Shown here one piece after another: positions 52,688 through 62,502 of a stretch of DNA of 64,000 bases. Position 1 is the stretch's first letter; the number at the start of each line of letters is the position of its first letter. The notes under the pieces were generated by a model. The model ran no database searches. It was not told where the DNA came from and saw only the letters and a list, made by a program, of their open reading frames with translations. A program made the position numbers and the translations under genes. This DNA comes from Akkermansia sp. (lineage in GTDB: Bacteria; Verrucomicrobiota; Verrucomicrobiia; Verrucomicrobiales; Akkermansiaceae), in the NCBI GenBank assembly GCA_045125705.1, contig JBGVNQ010000020.1:3783-67782 (forward strand), written 5' to 3'.

Positions 52688-53062
52688 TCAGTGTAATCGG
52701 CCGTAGTCATCGTTAAATCGCTCGATATCCTCTTCAGAAAGGTAATTGCCAATCTGGACTTCAATCAAAGCGAGAGGGGCTGTACCCAGATTACTCAACC
52801 GGTGCATGCTACCACACGGAATCATGATAGATTCACCTACATTGAGATGCATAAGGTTATTATCACACTGCACAGTAGCGACCCCTTCAGTAACAATCCA
52901 GCGCTCTGTGCGATACTGGTGTTTCTGCAGGGAAAGTCGCCCACCCGGATAAACAAGTAATTTTTTTACCACTACGTGAGACTGCAAGTCCAAGACCTGC
53001 CACTCGCCCCATGGACGAGTTCCTGTTTCACCAACATGGTATGTAATGCGCGACTCCTTCAT
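52688..53062 (-). CDS. Cupin-type mannose-6-phosphate isomerase-like protein (type II PMI C-terminal domain only)
   Basis: RPWGEWQVL...LSLQKHQYRTERWIVTEG...GESIMIPCGSMHRLSN...LIEVQIGNYLSEEDIERFNDDYGR. Confidence 0.7.
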   Translation of the reverse strand: MKESRITYHVGETGTRPWGEWQVLDLQSHVVVKKLLVYPGGRLSLQKHQYRTERWIVTEGVATVQCDNNLMHLNVGESIMIPCGSMHRLSNLGTAPLALIEVQIGNYLSEEDIERFNDDYGRLH

Positions 53063-53478
53063 TTATTCAAAGATTGGCGAATACTGGTAGTAGAGCGTTC
53101 CGGCAAGTCTGCATGCGGAATACGGGCACTGGTCACATAACGGATTCCCTTGGATTCCACAAACTCTTTCTTGGCATCGCTCGTACCATCAGAATTGACA
53201 AAGAAAATATCCGGTTTCACCTCATCCAACAAAGGTGCGAAGTCCAGAATCTTACCTGTATCCGGGCCAATATATACTTTCTTCACAAAGCGAATTGCTT
53301 CGAGCATATACTTTCGCTCCTGTTCGGTATACATGGTCTTACGGTTCTTGAGAGCCATCACCGTGGCATCAGAACCAATAGATACATACACATCACCATA
53401 ACTGGCGGCTTCCTCAAGAAACGCGATATGACCGCTATGCAACACGTCGAAACAACCGGAAACAAATACTTTAGCCAT
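53059..53478 (-). CDS. Stand-alone cytidylyltransferase-family nucleotidyltransferase (TagD-like)
   Basis: VFVSGCFDVLHSGHIAFLEEA (HxGH motif). 139 aa from the ATG at 53478. Its stop codon forms an ATGA overlap with the start of the cupin gene. Confidence 0.7.
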   Translation of the reverse strand: MAKVFVSGCFDVLHSGHIAFLEEAASYGDVYVSIGSDATVMALKNRKTMYTEQERKYMLEAIRFVKKVYIGPDTGKILDFAPLLDEVKPDIFFVNSDGTSDAKKEFVESKGIRYVTSARIPHADLPERSTTSIRQSLNK

Positions 53479-53497
53479 AATCCTCAGAGATAAATAT

Positions 53498-54652
53498 TTA
53501 TTTGATAACTCCACGCTTACGAAGGCGCTCGAGGAAACGGGGTTCCCACTCCACCTGTTCGTCCTTGCCAAATGTGCGGCAATAGGGCTCAATCGGGTAC
53601 ATATCCTCGCAAGCATCTACCGCAGCATCACGTGCAGCCTTGTTTTCATAAAGATACAAGGCGTAACCACCATGCCCACCACCGCAATACTTGTGGGCAA
53701 GCTGCTGTCCTAAATCAGGCAGAGGCTGCATGCCTTCTTCAAGCTGCAGTTGATAACTCATCTGAACACCAACTGCCAGCACTGCTACATCCTGCTGCTG
53801 CACACCAAGGCGGGCTATGCGAGCAGCTTTGGCAATACGCTCAAATGAACGCTCATACCCGGCAAAACCAGGAGTATAATGCTTCACCCGGGTATCATAA
53901 ACAGCCATGCATCCCTTGAGGAACTCGCCGGTATTCTTGAAATCGAGCACAGGCTTCGGCCCCGATTTCCAGACACAGGCGCCAGTCTCTGCAATGACTG
54001 CAGGGTCCTGCCAGCCCACACCCAGACCAAGTTCTGATGCAACCGGGTCCCAGCCGTTGAGTACACTCCAGCCACCACTACCGCCAAGACCTGCACCCTG
54101 CCGATACAACCATTCCTTCAGTGACACAGTGGGAGAAATGGCGCAGTTGACAATATATTCACCGGGGATAGCGTTTTCCGGCACATCGAGCCAGCCTCCT
54201 GCGAAATCGACACGCAGAGGAGAATGAGCTGGAGCCTTCACTCGGGAAAGAACCTGAGTACTGGTTGTCTGGGCATCTTCCGGAAGTGATTTTTCGAGCA
54301 CGACAAACACAATGCCATGTTCGTCACAGAATCGGCGTTTGGCATCGATGTACTGGTCATCTGTTGTAACAGCCAGCACCTGCGGGTTTACTTTTAAACA
54401 AGCAGACTTGAACGAAAGTGCCACATCCTCGTCTGTAGAAAGCACTACTTCGTCCACCATGGAAAGAGCACTGATAACCGCAAACTTGTCAGCATCGTCA
54501 AGAACAGACTTCTTGTCATATATCCTCCACAGCAAATCAGCGGGAGGATAAGAGACTACCAGATAATCGCCAAGGGCACGAGCATCTGTAAAGAAACGGA
54601 TATGGCCTGCATGCAATACATTAAAAGCACCTGAAACAAAGACTTTTTTCAT
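53498..54652 (-). CDS. Fusion: cytidylyltransferase-like domain + compact GHMP-type sugar kinase domain
   Basis: N-terminal VFVSGAFNVLHAGHIRFF. The C-terminal part carries LRVDFAGGWLDVPE (as in the fucokinase/HddA N-motif), GAGLGGSGG (GHMP motif II-like), GWQDPAV and KYCGGGHGGYALYLY (motif III-like). Confidence 0.65.
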   Translation of the reverse strand: MKKVFVSGAFNVLHAGHIRFFTDARALGDYLVVSYPPADLLWRIYDKKSVLDDADKFAVISALSMVDEVVLSTDEDVALSFKSACLKVNPQVLAVTTDDQYIDAKRRFCDEHGIVFVVLEKSLPEDAQTTSTQVLSRVKAPAHSPLRVDFAGGWLDVPENAIPGEYIVNCAISPTVSLKEWLYRQGAGLGGSGGWSVLNGWDPVASELGLGVGWQDPAVIAETGACVWKSGPKPVLDFKNTGEFLKGCMAVYDTRVKHYTPGFAGYERSFERIAKAARIARLGVQQQDVAVLAVGVQMSYQLQLEEGMQPLPDLGQQLAHKYCGGGHGGYALYLYENKAARDAAVDACEDMYPIEPYCRTFGKDEQVEWEPRFLERLRKRGVIK

Positions 54653-54683
54653 ACAAAAGCAGAAAAGCTAAAAAGAAAAAATA

Positions 54684-55064
54684 TCAGAACACAGAATCAC
54701 GACCGGCTCCAGACTGAGCTCCGGCAGTCGTCTTCTGAATAAAGCGCTGCAGCATGGGCAGCAAAACAGGCCCAAGAAGCTGCATGATTACCTGGAATAC
54801 TATCCCGTATACCCCTTGTGAAGCCGCAGCCGCTTTTTCAGCAGCCTTACGGCGGCGACGCAAACATGCGAGAGCCCCCACTACAGATGCCGCAGCACCG
54901 GCTGCTGCACCAATACGCATAATGGTGGCAGGAGACACGGGAAGAGCCCTCACGCAACTCCCGACATGCCTCTGTGTAGAAGCCACAGCATCAACCACTG
55001 CCACGCGGCTGGCGGCTACACGCATCAAGGCTTGCTGCTTTCCTTGCAAAGTAATTTGAGACAT
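54684..55064 (-). CDS. YqjK-like small membrane protein
   Basis: 126 aa, last gene of a DUF883 / holin-like / small-protein triad laid out like E. coli yqjDEK. Confidence 0.4.
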   Translation of the reverse strand: MSQITLQGKQQALMRVAASRVAVVDAVASTQRHVGSCVRALPVSPATIMRIGAAAGAAASVVGALACLRRRRKAAEKAAAASQGVYGIVFQVIMQLLGPVLLPMLQRFIQKTTAGAQSGAGRDSVF

Positions 55065-55459
55065 TCCAAATCGTTTTTGATTTCCTGGGCTGTAGCAGGT
55101 GCCAGTTTCTTACCTCCCATGCTCCGCACCATACGGAGCAGCATCAGCGCCACCACCAGATTAATGAGAAAAACCACCCCGAGCGCAAGTGCCGGATGCA
55201 TCCAGATTGCAAGACACACCGCAACTGCTGCGCAAAGCGCAAAATACGCACCCAGCAACAGCACGCAGGCCACAACAGCCAGAATTACGCGCTGCAACTG
55301 GTGCGTCGTGTATTCCTTCACCTCCTCTGCAAAGAGAGAACCCAATGCACTAGTATGTTCAGCAGTCCGCTGCACTACAGAACGGGCCTGCTGCACCATA
55401 GCCGAAGCCTCCTGGCGCAACACCGAAGCACCATCTTTCTGTTTGAAGAGATGAAACAT
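55025..55459 (-). CDS. YqjE-like (DUF1469 / phage-holin-family) membrane protein
   Basis: Two central TM helices. Position between the DUF883 gene and the YqjK-like gene. Confidence 0.5.
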   Translation of the reverse strand: MFHLFKQKDGASVLRQEASAMVQQARSVVQRTAEHTSALGSLFAEEVKEYTTHQLQRVILAVVACVLLLGAYFALCAAVAVCLAIWMHPALALGVVFLINLVVALMLLRMVRSMGGKKLAPATAQEIKNDLECLKLLCKESSKP

Positions 55460-55494
55460 AAGATTTCAGAATCCGGTTCATTGCCCGGATTGAT

Positions 55495-55890
55495 TCAGCG
55501 GCGGGAGCCACCAAGAATAAGGCCAATCAGCACGCCAATACCCAGAGCGCCAAGAACGCTGCCAGTAGGATTAGTCTTCACGTACTCTTCACCAGCCTTA
55601 TGGTATTCCTTTGCTGCGGCACAGGTTTTATCCCACCCCTCGTTCATCTGCACGCGAGCCTTATCCCAGCCTTCGTTCATCTGAACACGAGCCTTACCCC
55701 AGCTCTCATTTATCTGAGCGCGAGCCTGGTCTGCATATTCACGCACATGCTCCATCTGCTCAGCGGCAGCCTTACGAACCTTCTCGTACTGCTCACTGGC
55801 GAACTGACGAGCAGCATTCAGACGATCACAGGCATCAGCCGTGGGTGCAGGCGTAGCGACCTGAGTTTCCTTGATTTCTTCGGTTTCCAT
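55495..55890 (-). CDS. DUF883 (ElaB/YqjD-like) tail-anchored stress protein
   Basis: The C-terminus NPTGSVLGALGIGVLIGLILGG is typical of ElaB/YqjD. Three internal 11-aa repeats are present. Start taken at the ATG at 55890. Confidence 0.7.
   Translation of the reverse strand: METEEIKETQVATPAPTADACDRLNAARQFASEQYEKVRKAAAEQMEHVREYADQARAQINESWGKARVQMNEGWDKARVQMNEGWDKTCAAAKEYHKAGEEYVKTNPTGSVLGALGIGVLIGLILGGSRR
55628..55726. repeat. Three tandem 33-bp coding repeats inside the DUF883 gene
   Basis: Units at 55628-55660, 55661-55693 and 55694-55726 encode ARAQINESWGK / ARVQMNEGWDK / ARVQMNEGWDK. Confidence 0.85.
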
Positions 55891-56079
55891 AACTTGCAGA
55901 ACGTTGATTGTGTAACTTTCTTGGAGCGTGTACAAGCACAACTCTCGATTGATAGAGTATTATAAGCATACTCAGACCAGAAATGCAAGCTATCTTAATC
56001 AAAATGACGAATTTTCCGCACCTATCCTATCATCACGCGCGCGAGCGCGCATTTTTTAGAGACATGCTTCATTATTGCC

Positions 56080-56108
56080 TTGCCAATCCGAGTCAGAGCT
56101 AGTATAAT
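56080..56108 (+). promoter_or_regulatory. sigma70-like promoter TTGCCA-17-TATAAT
   Basis: Hexamers at 56080-56085 and 56103-56108, 20 nt before the carA ATG. Confidence 0.5.
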
Positions 56109-56128
56109 GCCACGGCTTAAATTAACAC

Positions 56129-57253
56129 ATGAAAGCAATTCTGGCATTAGAAGACGGAACTATTTTCGAAGGCTCCTCCATTGGCGCCACCGGAACAGTT
56201 ACAGGTGAAGCCTGCTTCAACACGGCAGTAATGGGCTACCAGGAAATTCTGACCGACCCCACTTACTGCGGACAGATTCTCGCTATGACCTACTCGCTCA
56301 TAGGCAACTACGGCATAGTGGAAGAGGATAACGAAAGCCCTGCACCCCAAGCTGCAGCCATCGTGATGGGTGAGCTTTCCAACATCCACTCCAGTTGGCG
56401 AGCAGATTCTCCCATGGGAGATTGGCTGAAGCGCCACAACACTCCCGGCATCGAGGGCGTGGATACCCGCCGTCTGGCTCGCCACATCCGCATTAACGGC
56501 AGCATGCGAGCCTGTGTCACCACAGAACTGAGCGCAGCTGATGCTGTGGCCCGCGCAAAGGAGGCCTCCACACTCGATGGAGCAGACCTTGCTACCGGCG
56601 TAAGCACCAAAGCCGCCTATGAGTGGCAGGGTGAATCCCGTCCGTGGAAACTGCCGAACAAGACAGCCGGAGATATGACCAACTACGGCACACTTGCACC
56701 TGCTACAGCCAAAGTAGTTGCACTTGACCTTGGCGTTAAGGCAAGCTCCCTCCGTGCCCTGCGCCAGGATGGCTACGAGGTAACTGTTGTTCCTGCCACC
56801 ACCAGCGCCGAAGAAATTCTTGCTCTTAATCCTGCCGGTCTGTTCCTTTCCAGCGGGCCTGGTGACCCCGCCGCACTTACGGGAGTCATCAATACTGTAA
56901 AAGCCCTTCTTGGCAAACTGCCCATCTTCGGTCTTGGTCTGGGTAATCAGGTTCTGGGTATTGCCCTTGGAGGCAGCACCAAGCGCCTGAAGTTCGGTCA
57001 TCGTGGGGCTAACCAGCCTGCCAAGGATCTTGCCACTGGCAAAGTGGAAATCACGGCACCCAATCACAGCTTTGTAATTGACGCTGATACCCTGCCCGCC
57101 AACGTCAAGGTGACTCATCTCAATCTGAATGATGACACTGTGGCCGGAATCTGCTGCTGCGAGCTGCGTGCGGCTGGCATGGAATACACGCCCGAGCCAA
57201 AGGATGGTCACATTTTCACCAGCTTCGTCAAGGCTATCAACGAAGCCAAATAA
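56129..57253 (+). CDS. carA: Carbamoyl-phosphate synthase small (glutaminase) subunit
   Basis: N-terminal ALEDGTIFEGSSIGA and the GATase triad region (GLGLGNQVL, HRGANQP). No carB is adjacent. Confidence 0.9.
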   Translation: MKAILALEDGTIFEGSSIGATGTVTGEACFNTAVMGYQEILTDPTYCGQILAMTYSLIGNYGIVEEDNESPAPQAAAIVMGELSNIHSSWRADSPMGDWLKRHNTPGIEGVDTRRLARHIRINGSMRACVTTELSAADAVARAKEASTLDGADLATGVSTKAAYEWQGESRPWKLPNKTAGDMTNYGTLAPATAKVVALDLGVKASSLRALRQDGYEVTVVPATTSAEEILALNPAGLFLSSGPGDPAALTGVINTVKALLGKLPIFGLGLGNQVLGIALGGSTKRLKFGHRGANQPAKDLATGKVEITAPNHSFVIDADTLPANVKVTHLNLNDDTVAGICCCELRAAGMEYTPEPKDGHIFTSFVKAINEAK

Positions 57254-58540
<1,287 letters not shown>

Positions 58541-58570
58541 TAGCCACTGCAAATATACAATTATCAGAAG

Positions 58571-58609
58571 GGCCGCACACATACGCGTGCGGCCTTTCTT
58601 TTTATTTTA
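58571..58609 (+). terminator. Rho-independent terminator after purA
   Basis: GGCCGCAC-ACATACGC-GTGCGGCC followed by TTTCTTTTTATTTT. Confidence 0.75.
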
Positions 58610-58619
58610 ATAAACTCAT

Positions 58620-59309
58620 TCAGGCACGTGGAGCATTCTGCCCACCGACCAGAAGCACGATTTCGCCTTTTGGCGGCTTAACTTTGAACTCCTCCAGAAG
58701 GGCCGCGGCAGAACCACGATGATACGTTTCAAAAACCTTCGTAAGCTCTCGAGCCACACAAACAGGCACATTGGCATCTATTTCGGCAAGAGCCTGCACT
58801 GTTTTGACAATACGGAATGGAGATTCGTAAAAAATACTCGTATGACTTGCCTGCACCGCACTTTGAAGCACGGCCGTCTTGCGCCCGGTCTTCACGGGCA
58901 GGAATCCGCCAAAGAAAAAGGCATCGCTGGGCAATCCGGACCCAACAAGAGCAGTCACAACGGCCGAGGGGCCAGGAAGCACAGTAAAAGCCACATCCCG
59001 AGACTTCAGCTCCTGAATCAGTCGATACCCTGGGTCACTCACCCCAGGCATGCCCGCATCTGTCACCACAGCAAAGCTCTCGCCGGCCAAAGCCCGCGAT
59101 GCTATTTCAGGTGCGCGTTGGGTTTCGTTATGCTCGTGAAGGCTCAGCAGCGGCTTGCGTATGCCATAGTGACTAAGCAGCATACCCGTATTCCGGGTAT
59201 CCTCGCAGCAGATACAATCTACAGACTCCAGAACAGCTAACGCGCGACGTGTGATATCCTCGCGATTTCCTATAGGCAACCCCACAAAGCTGACAGGATA
59301 CTCAATCAT
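58620..59309 (-). CDS. rsmI: 16S rRNA (cytidine1402-2'-O)-methyltransferase
   Basis: Tetrapyrrole-methylase fold with RsmI blocks (GNREDITRRALAVLESVDCICCEDTR, VTDAGMPGVSDPG). Confidence 0.85.
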   Translation of the reverse strand: MIEYPVSFVGLPIGNREDITRRALAVLESVDCICCEDTRNTGMLLSHYGIRKPLLSLHEHNETQRAPEIASRALAGESFAVVTDAGMPGVSDPGYRLIQELKSRDVAFTVLPGPSAVVTALVGSGLPSDAFFFGGFLPVKTGRKTAVLQSAVQASHTSIFYESPFRIVKTVQALAEIDANVPVCVARELTKVFETYHRGSAAALLEEFKVKPPKGEIVLLVGGQNAPRA

Positions 59310-59815
59310 CGGGTTGTTATATTGAGAACTATATCATCAGCCACGCGACTGGTCGCGTAGAATAAGGCTGACTCCATAGCCGTGATTGTACTACCATTCT
59401 GATTGAAATAGGACGCCTGTTCCGACTCCGTGCCCTTGGATATAATTACCCCCGTCTTCCGATTCACAATCTCATACTGCACATGAACCGTCACTCCAAT
59501 CTGGGTACTGATATAAGAGTCTTTTGTACTGGTTGTCAGCGAATCGCGGGATATGTGACTGACAGTTCCCTTGACGATGAAATCAGCTTCGTTTCGGGGA
59601 GCGAGCCTATATGTACCATCGCTCTGCAGCGCATTCGTTACAGCAGTTGTCATGTATACCCCTACTGAAGGCTGTACCGTGTTGTTTTCGAACATCTCAA
59701 CACAGAATGTGTGCATGTCGTCCATCCTGGCAGGCTTCATACCACCCAGATGATATCCACAGGACGTCAACGCCAGACCGGTAAGGGCGCAGGAAAAGAG
59801 AATTCGCAAGTTCAT
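59306..59815 (-). CDS. lptE: LPS-assembly lipoprotein LptE-like
   Basis: Lipobox LTSCGYHLGG, typical of LptE N-termini. About 170 aa. ATGA overlap with rsmI, and bamD lies upstream. Confidence 0.55.
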   Translation of the reverse strand: MNLRILFSCALTGLALTSCGYHLGGMKPARMDDMHTFCVEMFENNTVQPSVGVYMTTAVTNALQSDGTYRLAPRNEADFIVKGTVSHISRDSLTTSTKDSYISTQIGVTVHVQYEIVNRKTGVIISKGTESEQASYFNQNGSTITAMESALFYATSRVADDIVLNITTR

Positions 59816-59824
59816 ATCGGTTCC

Positions 59825-60793
59825 TTAATTCTGATTGGTGGAAGAGGATGCAAGTTCGCGAGCCGTCTTGAGCAATTTCTCAGCCTCGGCAGCAGCCTCG
59901 GGATTTACTTCTTTCTGTCTTATCACATCCTCAAAACAGAACATGGCAGACGTGTATTCATTGGAACGCTCAAGGTAATAACGGCCAACTTCGAGCTGCT
60001 GATTAACCATCAGTTTTTCCATGTTTGCGGCTTCAGAAAGAGCCTTATGCGCCTCTGCATGTTTCGGGAAACGGAGATTGAACTCCTCGTATGCTTCGCG
60101 GGCATTGCTGAGATTTACCAGGTTATTATCACCACGGGTGTGAGAATCGGCCCAGAGCTTGGCCACCATGAGCTGAGACTCCGGGGCATAGCGGCTATCG
60201 GGATATTTCTCCACCAGCAAAGCGTATTCCTTGCGGGCCTCCTCGGGGCGGTCCTGATCAAGCAGGAATTTGGCAAGAATAGAGCTTGCCGTGGCAGCCA
60301 TGTCATTATAGGGAGCCTTCGATACAATCTCTCGCAACCAGTTAATCACCACGACGGGCTCCATGGTTGTTTCCCATGCCCCCCAGAATACGGGCACCTT
60401 CATGCGCCCGCTGGCGCCATCCATAGCCATAGCAAGCTGGCGATTCAACGCTTCAGCATACAAATCAGCCTGAGGATAACGATCTATCAGCTTACTGTAT
60501 TCCTTAAATGCATCACGATAATCTTCGGTAGCCTCATAGCTCTTGCCCAGCATGAAACGAGCCTGCGGAGCATTGGGCGCCAGCGCATGGTAACGAGTGA
60601 TTTCCTTCAATACGTTACGAGCCTTACGGGTTTTACCTTCCTTCTGGTACTCCTGCGCCTCAGCCATCAGCTTCTCGGCCACCGGGTCAACGGACTTCAC
60701 CTGACCAATGGGAGGCGGGCCATCAAACGAATCACACATGGGCAGCAGCAGAGCCGATGCCGCACAAAGGCGTAAGAGTTGCATTCTTGTCAT
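59825..60793 (-). CDS. bamD: TPR lipoprotein, outer-membrane assembly factor BamD-like
   Basis: Lipobox LLPMC followed by TPR-like helical repeats along the whole length. Start taken at the ATG at 60793. Confidence 0.55.
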   Translation of the reverse strand: MTRMQLLRLCAASALLLPMCDSFDGPPPIGQVKSVDPVAEKLMAEAQEYQKEGKTRKARNVLKEITRYHALAPNAPQARFMLGKSYEATEDYRDAFKEYSKLIDRYPQADLYAEALNRQLAMAMDGASGRMKVPVFWGAWETTMEPVVVINWLREIVSKAPYNDMAATASSILAKFLLDQDRPEEARKEYALLVEKYPDSRYAPESQLMVAKLWADSHTRGDNNLVNLSNAREAYEEFNLRFPKHAEAHKALSEAANMEKLMVNQQLEVGRYYLERSNEYTSAMFCFEDVIRQKEVNPEAAAEAEKLLKTARELASSSTNQN

Positions 60794-60910
60794 GACGCTC
60801 TGAGAATACCATGTTCGCACCCTGTTGTGCAAGTTTAAATGCAAGGTATATGTGTCTTATTATGGCAACCGTTTATCAACGATGCCGTCTATGATAGATT
60901 CTCACTTAAT

Positions 60911-61456
60911 ATGAGATTTCGCTTCTTGATTCCGATACTTGTATTTTTCCATACGGCCTTCGCGGCCGTTAACACTACCCCCCAGCAGAATGTTGACCTG
61001 CGGCAGTATGCCGGGAGATGGTATGAACAAGCCAGATACGAAAACTGGTTTGAAAAAGATATGGATGAAGTATATACCGACTATATGCTTCACAAAAACG
61101 GCACCCTAACGGTACAGAATAACGGCCGTTCCATCAAAGGAAAAGCAAAGCAATCTGTAGGCAAGGCGTTTCCGTCAGAACCAGGAGAAATGCAAGTTTC
61201 CTTTGTATGGCCGTACTGGTGGTTTCGTGCACCTTACAAGATTCTCTACGTTAACAAAGATTACTCAGCAGCTCTTGTCGCAGGAGAAGGTGACGAATAC
61301 CTGTGGATGCTCACACGCGACAGATTTCCCGGTGACGAGACCATGGATAAACTCCGCGCAGAAGCACAGCGAAGAGGCTTTGACACCGCAAAGTTACGCT
61401 ACACAACCCATCAGAAACGGAAATCTACCGCACCTGACACAAAGAGGCCGGGATGA
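60911..61456 (+). CDS. blc: Bacterial lipocalin (Blc-like)
   Basis: YAGRWYEQARYENWFE lipocalin motif. About 180 aa with a signal peptide. Start taken at the ATG at 60911. Confidence 0.8.
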   Translation: MRFRFLIPILVFFHTAFAAVNTTPQQNVDLRQYAGRWYEQARYENWFEKDMDEVYTDYMLHKNGTLTVQNNGRSIKGKAKQSVGKAFPSEPGEMQVSFVWPYWWFRAPYKILYVNKDYSAALVAGEGDEYLWMLTRDRFPGDETMDKLRAEAQRRGFDTAKLRYTTHQKRKSTAPDTKRPG

Positions 61457-62364
61457 TAGTGACGGCCTTCTATGCGATCATAATCTGAATTATAACGGCA
61501 GACATCTACCGTAGTCACCAATGTACTGCCGAGAGATAGTGACACAATACGACGGGTTTCACCAGGATTCGAGAAATCGTACTCAGCCATCACGCCTGCT
61601 ACAAGTGAACGGATTCGCAGCATGCGCGTGCCATCCTGGCGATTCACGGCCCAGGAACCACCGGAGCCCTGAGCAAAGAGTCCCATATCAAGCCGTTCGT
61701 TTATCTTACGAAGCACGGTTAATTTGAATCCGCTGAGGCTTAATCTCCAATCCGGAGTCATACGCCAGTCAAAATTCACCACGGGAACAAGAGCAAAAAT
61801 AGTCGCATCAGGAGAATGAGCCAGACCTACGGAGTACGTAAGGCTTTCACTGTGCTTTACCTGATAGGAGACAAGAAAGTTAACATGGAAGCTGTGCGCT
61901 CTGTGCACAAAATCAGAGGACATAGCGGGAGAAACAGCAGCAATGAAAAGATTACCGCTGGGTCTTGGAACAATTGCGGATATCGGAAGCGAGAAGTTAT
62001 ACAAATCGCTTCGGCGGAGGTTCAACGCGCCATCCGCATTTACATAAGTAAACTGTGCATTGAATGAAGCATTGAACATCCAATCGTCGCCGCCGGAACG
62101 GCGTGGGTCAGCCAGAGGCACATTGATGCCATACTGCTGCCAGCATAATTCAGACGCTCCATGCCGCTCCCCCATATTCGAAGTGAACTCGAAAGAAAGG
62201 AAACTGGGCATGAATCCACTCTCCGGCATCTCGTGGCGCCAGTTATCATAGACCTCCTGAGCCATAAGAATGGTGTTATCCTTCCATTCATCATACCATT
62301 CATCAGCCAGCACCGAGGGAACTAAGGCAAGCAGGAGAGCTACGGTCTTCTTCATGAGCAGCAT
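61411..62364 (-). CDS. Outer-membrane beta-barrel-like hypothetical protein
   Basis: Signal peptide (MKKTVALLLALVPSVLA from the second ATG at 62355), alternating beta-strand pattern and a C-terminal ...GAVDFRF with terminal Phe. The 3' end overlaps convergent blc by 46 nt. Confidence 0.5.
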   Translation of the reverse strand: MLLMKKTVALLLALVPSVLADEWYDEWKDNTILMAQEVYDNWRHEMPESGFMPSFLSFEFTSNMGERHGASELCWQQYGINVPLADPRRSGGDDWMFNASFNAQFTYVNADGALNLRRSDLYNFSLPISAIVPRPSGNLFIAAVSPAMSSDFVHRAHSFHVNFLVSYQVKHSESLTYSVGLAHSPDATIFALVPVVNFDWRMTPDWRLSLSGFKLTVLRKINERLDMGLFAQGSGGSWAVNRQDGTRMLRIRSLVAGVMAEYDFSNPGETRRIVSLSLGSTLVTTVDVCRYNSDYDRIEGRHYHPGLFVSGAVDFRF

Positions 62365-62399
62365 TGTACCAAAGGTAAGTGTTTTTGCAAGAAAAACAT

Positions 62400-62436
62400 A
62401 CTGTTATAATACTGTTATAATACTGTTATAATCTGT
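62400..62436. repeat. 3.4 tandem copies of an 11-bp unit ACTGTTATAAT (each copy is an extended -10 TGtTATAAT)
   Basis: Units at 62400-62410, 62411-62421 and 62422-62432, plus a partial CTGT. The repeat lies in the divergent intergenic region between the genes starting at 62364 (-) and 62503 (+). Confidence 0.9.
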
Positions 62437-62502
62437 GACAGTCATCACCTCCCGTCTTGCCAGAACTCGATAGATTTCATATACTGAAACCTCCACTCCG
62501 GC

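Noticed and set aside
62400-62436. The 11-bp tandem repeat as a CRISPR array or coding microsatellite
   Set aside because: The units are contiguous with no spacers, there are only 3.4 copies, the location is intergenic, and there are no cas genes.
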